Part shown: piece by piece, positions 26,488-32,000 of the stretch
Numbering within the stretch: position 1 is the first letter of the stretch
Layout of the letters: each line of letters begins with the position of its first letter
Assembly: GCA_016196885.1 (NCBI GenBank)
Contig: JACPWU010000020.1
Span: 30,001 to 62,000, forward strand
From: Chlamydiota bacterium
GTDB lineage: Bacteria > Auribacterota > JACPWU01
DNA: 32,000 bases
Reading direction: 5' to 3'
Notes under the pieces: model-generated
Told to the model about the DNA's origin: nothing
Database searches by the model: none
The model's input: only the letters and a program-made list of their open reading frames with translations
Position numbers and translations under genes: made by a program

Positions 26488-26575
26488 ATTAATTGAAAAT
26501 TGATAATTGAAAATAAATGAAATAATTAATCATTCCTTCATTATCAATTGTCAATTATGAATTATCAATTTTAAA
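26488..26575. repeat. AT-rich heptamer-word palindrome (E4)
   Basis: The left arm is AATTGAA AATTGAT AATTGAA AATAAAT (26491-26518). The right arm is TTATCAA TTGTCAA TTATGAA TTATCAA TTTTAAA (26541-26575). AAAATTGATAATT and AATTATCAATTTT form a perfect 13-bp pairing. It fills the purL-purF spacer. Confidence 0.8.
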
Positions 26576-26581
26576 AAAACG

Positions 26582-28813
26582 CTATACACTCATTTTCATC
26601 CCATTCTCGATCGCCGTTCTCCAAGGTTTTTCAAGCTCCTGCCATTTAGAATCAATGAGTAATTTTCCACCGTAAGAAATTTTTAACTGAGTTCCACCGA
26701 CCATACCCATTTGCACAATATTTGCATCAAAATCTTGAGCCAGTTTTATAAAATCATCTTTCAGTTGAGGCTTCACAGTCACAACCACACGCGAAGGCGA
26801 TTCACCAAAAAGAATTTCATCGCCTCTCAAGCCAGAGGTTTTCAATTCACACAAGGCACCCTTTTTCCCTTGCATCGCACATTCCGCCAAAGCCACAGCA
26901 AGCCCTCCTTCTGAAGTGTCATGCGCACTTTGAAGCCATCCCTTTTGAATCGCCTTCAGAATAAATTTCTGCAATTTCCATTCTTCGTCTAAATCAAAAG
27001 CAGGAAGTGGGCCTTTTTGAATATCTAAAACTCTCCATAAATATTCACTGCCTCCCAATCCTTTGCCAAATCCACCTGTTAAGAAAATTAAATCTCCCTC
27101 TTCCTTAAAAGAGAGGGTCGTAATATCTGATTCTTTTTGAATAAGACCCACCACACCCATCGTCGGGGTCGGAAAAATGGCTCCCTGAGGGCTTTCATTG
27201 TAAAGACTGACATTTCCACCTGTCACAGGAATCTCGAATTTTAGGCAAGCATCTCTAATGGCCTCGATTGCCTTTTGAAGCATCCAAAAACTTTCAGGCT
27301 TTAAGGGATTTCCAAAATTCAAGCAATCCGTAAGACCTACAGGCCTTCCTCCACTGATCACAACATTGCGAGCACATTCTGCCACGGCCATGAGCGTCCC
27401 TTGATAAGCATCTAAATAACAATACCGCCCATTACAGTCACTCGACATCGCCAAATATTTTCCAGCTTCTTTTAGCCTCAAAACAGCAGCATCGGAACCA
27501 GGCAAGACCACTGTGTTGTCCATCACCATGTGATCATATTGCTCATAAACCCATTGTTTGCTGGCAATATTGGGTTCGGACAAAAGTTGAAGCAATTCAT
27601 TTGTATAATTCGATTTTTCTGGGCTTAAGTCAGGAAGCCGATTCACTTCATCCAAATAAGCAGGCCTTTTTGCGGGCCTCTTATAAAGAGGGGCTTCATC
27701 GGTCAATGCCTTAGAGGGAACATCTGCAACCACTTTGCCTTTTTCCTTCACGACCATTCGACCGGTATCTGTGACATGGCCCACCAATGCCGCGTGAAGA
27801 CCCCATTTCTCAAAAGTTTTCAAGACCTCATCTTCTTTCCCCTTTTGGGCAATGACCAGCATTCTTTCCTGAGATTCAGAAAGCATGATTTCATAAGGAT
27901 TCATCCCCGTCTCACGTCTGGGGACTAGCTCTACATCGATTTCAATTCCAGAGTTTCCTCTAGAAGCTGTTTCACAAGTGGAACACGTCAGGCCTGCTGC
28001 GCCCATGTCCTGTACCCCAACGACGCAACCGGGTTTCTTAAAAAGCTCAAGACAGGCCTCCACTAAAAGCTTTTCCATAAAGGGATCCGCCGTTTGAACA
28101 CTGGGCCGATCCTCATGGGATTTTTCGGTCAATTCATCCGATGCAAAAGTAGCCCCATGAATCCCATCACGCCCCGTCGATGAGCCCACATAAAAAACAG
28201 GATTACCCATTCCCACTGCTTTCCCTTTAACCAAATCCTTTTTCCGAGCGATTCCTAAGCAAAACACATTCACAAGCGGATTGGTTGAATAAGATTCCTC
28301 AAAATAGACCTCCCCTCCCACCGTAGGAATCCCAATACAATTACCGTAATGCGCAATCCCTGAAACAACACCCGTCATCAAAGAACGGGTCTTGGCCTCA
28401 TCTAATCTTCCAAATCTGAGAGAATCCATAAGCGCAATGGGTCGAGCGCCCATGGTAAAAATATCTCGAATAATTCCGCCCACGCCTGTCGCAGCACCCT
28501 GAAAAGGTTCAATGGCTGAAGGATGATTATGGCTTTCCATTTTAAAAACGATGCACCAGTCATCCCCAATGTCTATCGCTCCTGCATTTTCCTCTCCTGC
28601 CTTAATTAAAATACCAGAGCCTGTGGTCGGTAATTTCTTCAGTTCTAATTTAGAATTCTTATAACCGCAATGTTCACTCCACATCACAGAAAAAAGACCT
28701 AATTCCAGAAAATTAGGCTCTCTCCCCAAAAAAACTTTAATGCGGTCATATTCTTCAAGGGTTAGACCGTGCTGCGTAATAATATCTTCTGTCATCATCA
28801 TTAAGGAACTCAT
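26582..28813 (-). CDS. purL: phosphoribosylformylglycinamidine synthase subunit PurL (FGAM synthase II)
   Basis: 743 aa with duplicated AIRS-like domains ([21 protein letters not shown]). It follows purQ and purS. Confidence 0.96.
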   Translation of the reverse strand: MSSLMMMTEDIITQHGLTLEEYDRIKVFLGREPNFLELGLFSVMWSEHCGYKNSKLELKKLPTTGSGILIKAGEENAGAIDIGDDWCIVFKMESHNHPSAIEPFQGAATGVGGIIRDIFTMGARPIALMDSLRFGRLDEAKTRSLMTGVVSGIAHYGNCIGIPTVGGEVYFEESYSTNPLVNVFCLGIARKKDLVKGKAVGMGNPVFYVGSSTGRDGIHGATFASDELTEKSHEDRPSVQTADPFMEKLLVEACLELFKKPGCVVGVQDMGAAGLTCSTCETASRGNSGIEIDVELVPRRETGMNPYEIMLSESQERMLVIAQKGKEDEVLKTFEKWGLHAALVGHVTDTGRMVVKEKGKVVADVPSKALTDEAPLYKRPAKRPAYLDEVNRLPDLSPEKSNYTNELLQLLSEPNIASKQWVYEQYDHMVMDNTVVLPGSDAAVLRLKEAGKYLAMSSDCNGRYCYLDAYQGTLMAVAECARNVVISGGRPVGLTDCLNFGNPLKPESFWMLQKAIEAIRDACLKFEIPVTGGNVSLYNESPQGAIFPTPTMGVVGLIQKESDITTLSFKEEGDLIFLTGGFGKGLGGSEYLWRVLDIQKGPLPAFDLDEEWKLQKFILKAIQKGWLQSAHDTSEGGLAVALAECAMQGKKGALCELKTSGLRGDEILFGESPSRVVVTVKPQLKDDFIKLAQDFDANIVQMGMVGGTQLKISYGGKLLIDSKWQELEKPWRTAIENGMKMSV

Positions 28814-28814
28814 C

Positions 28815-28887
28815 TTAACCCCCCTAGCCCCCCTTAAAATAAGGGGGGAACTACTCCCCTCTTATTTAAGAGGGGCTAGGGGGGTTA
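28815..28887. repeat. GC-rich palindromic element, minimal 73-bp form (G6)
   Basis: TTAACCCCCCTAGCCCCCCTTAAAATAAGGGGGGAACTACTCCCCTCTTATTTAAGAGGGGCTAGGGGGGTTA. The outer arms are perfect complements and there are two inner hairpins. It fills the purQ-purL spacer to within 1 nt of the purL ATG. Confidence 0.92.
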
Positions 28888-29577
28888 TTTCATTATTGCT
28901 TTTATAATGGATTCAAAAATTTTTCTTCCATCTTCTGATCCTAAAATTTGCTCACTCGCCCTTTCGGGATGAGGCATCATGCCCAGCACATTACCCTCTT
29001 CATTGATAATGCCGGCAATATTTTCAAGTGAACCATTGGGATTTGAATCTCGCGTGACCTCGCCTTGTTCATCACAATAACGAAAAACAATTTGCCCCTG
29101 CGCATTCATTTTCTTAAGCACATCTGGCTCGACAAAATAATTTCCTTCTCCATGGGCCACGGGAATTTTTAAAACCTCAGTTTTTTGATATTGTTCGGTG
29201 AATCGCGTCTTCACATTTTCGGGGCGCAAATAAACATATTTACATACAAACTTGAGGGAGGAATTTCTCATCATGGCCCCTGGCAGAAGCCCGGCTTCGA
29301 GCAAAATCTGAAAACCATTGCAAATGCCCAAAACGAGGCCCCCTTTTTTGGCAAATGGCTGAACAGAATTCATCACAGGAGAAAACCGTGCAATCGCGCC
29401 CGTCCGTAAATAATCTCCATAGGAAAATCCCCCAGGCAAAATCACACAATCAAAGTGAGAGATATCCGATTCCTGATGCCAGACATACTCCACCGGCTGC
29501 TTAAGCACATTTTTAATCACATGAAAGCAGTCCGCATCACAATTGGAGCCTGGAAAAACCACCACAGCGAATTTCAT
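28885..29577 (-). CDS. purQ: phosphoribosylformylglycinamidine synthase glutaminase subunit PurQ
   Basis: [14 protein letters not shown]..., GICNGFQ and MMPHPER form the class-I GATase triad. I start at ATG 29577, 4 nt after the purS stop. The track's extra 22 aa overlap purS. Confidence 0.94.
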   Translation of the reverse strand: MKFAVVVFPGSNCDADCFHVIKNVLKQPVEYVWHQESDISHFDCVILPGGFSYGDYLRTGAIARFSPVMNSVQPFAKKGGLVLGICNGFQILLEAGLLPGAMMRNSSLKFVCKYVYLRPENVKTRFTEQYQKTEVLKIPVAHGEGNYFVEPDVLKKMNAQGQIVFRYCDEQGEVTRDSNPNGSLENIAGIINEEGNVLGMMPHPERASEQILGSEDGRKIFESIIKAIMK

Positions 29578-29581
29578 TCTA

Positions 29582-29830
29582 TTAAACCCTTTCCAACTCA
29601 AAGCGATATTGCTCAATAATGGGATTGACCAAAAGCTTCTCACAAATGGACTTCACCTTTTCACTCGCCTCTTTTTCATCACGAGCATCCAAAGCAATCT
29701 CGACATATTTTCCAATCCGAACATCTTGAACGCCCGCATATTGTAGGGTTTTTAAAGCATTTTGAACGGTCAATCCCTGAGGGTCTGAAACCCCTTTTTT
29801 CAATGTCACTTCAATCTTGGCTTTGATCAT
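29582..29830 (-). CDS. purS: phosphoribosylformylglycinamidine synthase subunit PurS
   Basis: [19 protein letters not shown] is the typical PurS N-terminus. ATG 29830 is preceded by GGAG at 7-8 nt. The track start at 29842 has no SD. Confidence 0.9.
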   Translation of the reverse strand: MIKAKIEVTLKKGVSDPQGLTVQNALKTLQYAGVQDVRIGKYVEIALDARDEKEASEKVKSICEKLLVNPIIEQYRFELERV

Positions 29831-29868
29831 ATTTTTCTCCATACAGATAGCTTAGAAAAGAGAAAAGC

Positions 29869-29897
29869 ATCGTATCATTGAACTAAAAAGAATTCAA
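29869..29897 (-). promoter_or_regulatory. candidate sigma70-type promoter upstream of purS
   Basis: The minus strand reads TTGAAT, 17 nt, TACGAT. This is a pattern match only, and the -10 is weak. Confidence 0.25.
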
Positions 29898-29898
29898 C

Positions 29899-29911
29899 GG
29901 GGAAGGGTTAA
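29899..29911. repeat. solo GC-rich element terminus (G7)
   Basis: GGGGAAGGGTTAA resembles the right termini GGGGGAGTTAA and GGAGGGGTTA. No partner arm is present. It is adjacent to the IS. Confidence 0.35.
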
Positions 29912-29945
29912 TTTGCTAAAAGTGATGCTGTATTTACCTAAAACC

Positions 29946-31304
29946 TGCGTGAAAAATAGCATTTTTCACGCAAGGGGAACAAGTTTTTTGATTTTGTTGA
30001 TGGCGAACACAAAGACATTTTTATTGGGACTGTTCTTTGGAAATTTGAGAGTGGGAACATTATTTGTGTGTACCAGTTCCCCTGGCACCATAAAAAGCTG
30101 ATGCCGTAATTTGGGAAGGGTTAGAGATTGCCAATGATCTGGCAAGCAAAGTCGTTTGAACCAAGTGATCAGGTTATGTGCTAGGAGAGATAGTTCGGCA
30201 TAAAAGGCATTGGCAACAAAATTCTTTGTGGGGGCACTGCCAAACGGGAAGTCATTTTTGAGGATGCGGATGATTCTTTCTAGATTAGCTCTATCTTTGT
30301 AGAAAGTGAAAATTCCATAGGGAGTTAAAGGTAGGTTTGTTACGATCACTGAATAGGCGTATTTGTCGAGGGTGAATAAGGTGAGTTCTTGATCTGGTTG
30401 CGTCTCGATTTTTCTACGAAGTACGACAAAACGATATTTCTTTTCCCATGAATGGGGCTGATAGAAGAACTCAGCCGTTGAGAATTTTGCGTTAACTTTA
30501 TGGTACCTGAGACCTGACAGACGTCTTTTAATGGGGGCCGTCATTCTGGCCACGATGGTGAAACCAATGCCCGCTGTATCGAGTTCTTTGACAAATTCTT
30601 TCTCGTAGAACCCAGAATCGGCGCGGGTTCTGAGATGATGAGGGTAAGGCAAGAGCTTAATCGTATCACGAAGAAGAGGAATAACTCCCTCAGCTGTGTG
30701 GGCATTGCCGTAACGGAGAAATCCTCCGAGAGCGTCTTTGAGGTGGGCTTCGGTAGCGACAAGGGGATGATAGGATTTTTTGCCAATGTGTCCGGGGTTG
30801 TAACCCTTAACGACGCCTTCCTGATGACCGTAGAGGGTATTGGCGGTGGAATCGAAATCGATGCAGTAGCTGGGAAGAAATGACGGCTGAGTCATAAAAT
30901 ATTTTCGAAGGCTGTTGTGAATTTCACAAAGAGAGGGAGCAAGATCAGGCGCAGATCGAAGCAAAAATCTTCGGAGCGTCGTAGGATTTGGAAAACTTGG
31001 AATACCTGTCAGATATTGGAAAACGCCATTTGTTTTGAGAAGCGCTGAGACCTCGATCTTTTCAAGACCCAGGATCATAGGGTAAATGAGAGCCAGAATC
31101 ATTTCTGTTGTGCTGTACTTGTTGTTCTTTTGGATATAGGCGAATCGACGACTGAGAAAAGTTCGCAGTTGAAGACTTTGAAAAAATCGGTGGAGAAGAT
31201 AAATGCCGCCAAAGTGGGAAAATTTTCCCGCTGTAAAGGCCATGCGAATATTGCTGGCTCCACGACGACGCATTTCACGAACCTAACTAAAAGTTAGGTT
31301 CGTG
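29946..31304 (-). mobile_element. IS1380-like insertion sequence (ends approximate)
   Basis: A single transposase ORF is bracketed by perfect hairpins at 29946-29972 (12-bp stem, covers the stop codon) and 31276-31304 (13-bp stem, 2 nt upstream of the ATG). I could not identify convincing terminal inverted repeats or target duplications. Confidence 0.5.
29966..31273 (-). CDS. IS1380-family (IS4-superfamily DDE) transposase
   Basis: 435 aa. IDFDSTANTLYGHQEGVVKGYNPGHIGKKSYHPL, ..TRADSGFY.. and YKDRANLERIIRILKND (Y-x2-R-x3-E-x6-K) fit the DDE layout I associate with IS1380-type transposases. Confidence 0.75.
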   Translation of the reverse strand: MRRRGASNIRMAFTAGKFSHFGGIYLLHRFFQSLQLRTFLSRRFAYIQKNNKYSTTEMILALIYPMILGLEKIEVSALLKTNGVFQYLTGIPSFPNPTTLRRFLLRSAPDLAPSLCEIHNSLRKYFMTQPSFLPSYCIDFDSTANTLYGHQEGVVKGYNPGHIGKKSYHPLVATEAHLKDALGGFLRYGNAHTAEGVIPLLRDTIKLLPYPHHLRTRADSGFYEKEFVKELDTAGIGFTIVARMTAPIKRRLSGLRYHKVNAKFSTAEFFYQPHSWEKKYRFVVLRRKIETQPDQELTLFTLDKYAYSVIVTNLPLTPYGIFTFYKDRANLERIIRILKNDFPFGSAPTKNFVANAFYAELSLLAHNLITWFKRLCLPDHWQSLTLPKLRHQLFMVPGELVHTNNVPTLKFPKNSPNKNVFVFAINKIKKLVPLA

Positions 31305-31323
31305 TCAAAAGATCTTTTTTATT

Positions 31324-32000
31324 CTAAGCCTTATTTAATGGGAGCTTCAGTGATATTGTGGGTTTGGCTTGCGCAGGATTTAAGTAATATAAGCTCTTTG
31401 TCATGAGCTCTATGGTCTCTTCTTTCACTAATCTTTTGCTCAATTCCTCTATCACCTTGATTCGCTCTTCTTCGACTGATTTTAAATCTATGGCTTTTTC
31501 AATGTCTTTCATCTGGAGCATGAGATGGATGTTAGGGCAGCTGGAGGAGGAAAGAATATTAGATGTTGAAAGTTGGATGTTGGAAGATGACAAGGAGTTT
31601 TTATCTTTTTCTTTCAACTTTAAACTTTTAACTTTTAACTGTTTTATATATTCCCCCAATTCTATCTCCCCACTCGTATACCTTTCATTCTCTTTTAGAA
31701 TCTCTTTCACCTCTTTTGAGTAGATTCCCTCTTTTAATCCTTCAATTCGTTTCTCTATCTCTTGAAGAATAGGCTCCGCCTTCTCTTTTAACTCCTGCCC
31801 TCTGTCAAATTGAACCAAATGCGTGAAGTATTCCTTCATGTTTTCTATCCCTTGAAGAGGTAGGGGCTTGTCTTTGACGATCGATAAATATTCCGCGCCG
31901 CTGATTTTTCCCTCTTTCATCAGATACTCTGCGAGCATTTTGCGGATCGCAGGATCTGGAAAGGCTGTGAATTGGCTGGTGTCTACTACTCCCCCTGCGG
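31324..32000 (-). CDS. hypothetical coiled-coil protein, 5'-partial (frame open to window edge)
   Basis: The ORF frame stays open upstream of the annotated Met to position 32000 (..AGGVVDTSQFTAFPDPAIRKMLAEY..). It is K/E-rich and helical. It contains a low-complexity segment encoded by heptamer word arrays. I recognise no family. Confidence 0.5.
   Translation of the reverse strand, partial: AGGVVDTSQFTAFPDPAIRKMLAEYLMKEGKISGAEYLSIVKDKPLPLQGIENMKEYFTHLVQFDRGQELKEKAEPILQEIEKRIEGLKEGIYSKEVKEILKENERYTSGEIELGEYIKQLKVKSLKLKEKDKNSLSSSNIQLSTSNILSSSSCPNIHLMLQMKDIEKAIDLKSVEEERIKVIEELSKRLVKEETIELMTKSLYYLNPAQAKPTISLKLPLNKA
31565..31638. repeat. convergent heptamer word arrays inside a CDS (E5)
   Basis: GTTGAAA GTTGGAT GTTGGAA (31565-31585) faces CTTTCAA CTTTAAA CTTTTAA CTTTTAA (31611-31638). 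It uses the same GTTGGAA word as element E2. Confidence 0.75.

Noticed and set aside
29843-29965. Looked for a purine riboswitch or PurR box upstream of purS, and for a T-box upstream of ileS
   Set aside because: There is no recognisable three-way-junction purine aptamer. ileS starts 12 nt after yggT, leaving no room for a leader. Only a weak -35/-10 match could be listed.
29899-31330. Terminal inverted repeats and target-site duplication for the IS1380-like element
   Set aside because: There is only a weak shared T(G/T)CGTGAAA motif near both ends, and no flanking direct repeat that I could defend by eye. Boundaries are therefore given as approximate.

Overview
Almost every gene in this ~43% GC bacterial chromosomal segment is on the minus strand. 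It carries a Bacillus-type pyrimidine operon (pyrR-pyrB-pyrC-carA-[nth-like]-carB-pyrK') with a recognisable PyrR attenuator. A small plus-strand higBA toxin-antitoxin pair follows. Next comes a housekeeping block: rluD-lgt-lspA-dksA-like-ileS-yggT-proC-yggS, a small secreted protein, DUF1015, DUF4416 and a GHL10-like lipoprotein. After that is a near-complete purine operon (purS-Q-L-F-M-H-[small RHH ORF]-D), an IS1380-like transposase, and a 5'-partial coiled-coil ORF. The gene content is ordinary; the non-coding architecture is not. Almost every intra-operon spacer holds a palindromic element whose arms are tandem 7-8 nt words (GTTGGAA-like; a GC-rich variant is GGGGAGTT/GGAGGGGTT with TTAAC...GTTAA termini). 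These elements supply stop codons, C-terminal tails and Shine-Dalgarno-like runs. One sits as a perfect in-frame 2 x 45 bp tandem inside the DUF1015 gene, and another is translated inside the last ORF. A second repeat family, present in two copies in opposite orientation, is a REPIN-like doublet of GTAG-headed hairpins nested inside the first family. No cognate transposase (RAYT or other) for either family is visible in the window. All calls come from reading the sequence and ORF translations. No database search was run, so family names rest on motif recognition and repeat boundaries are approximate (+/- a few nt).
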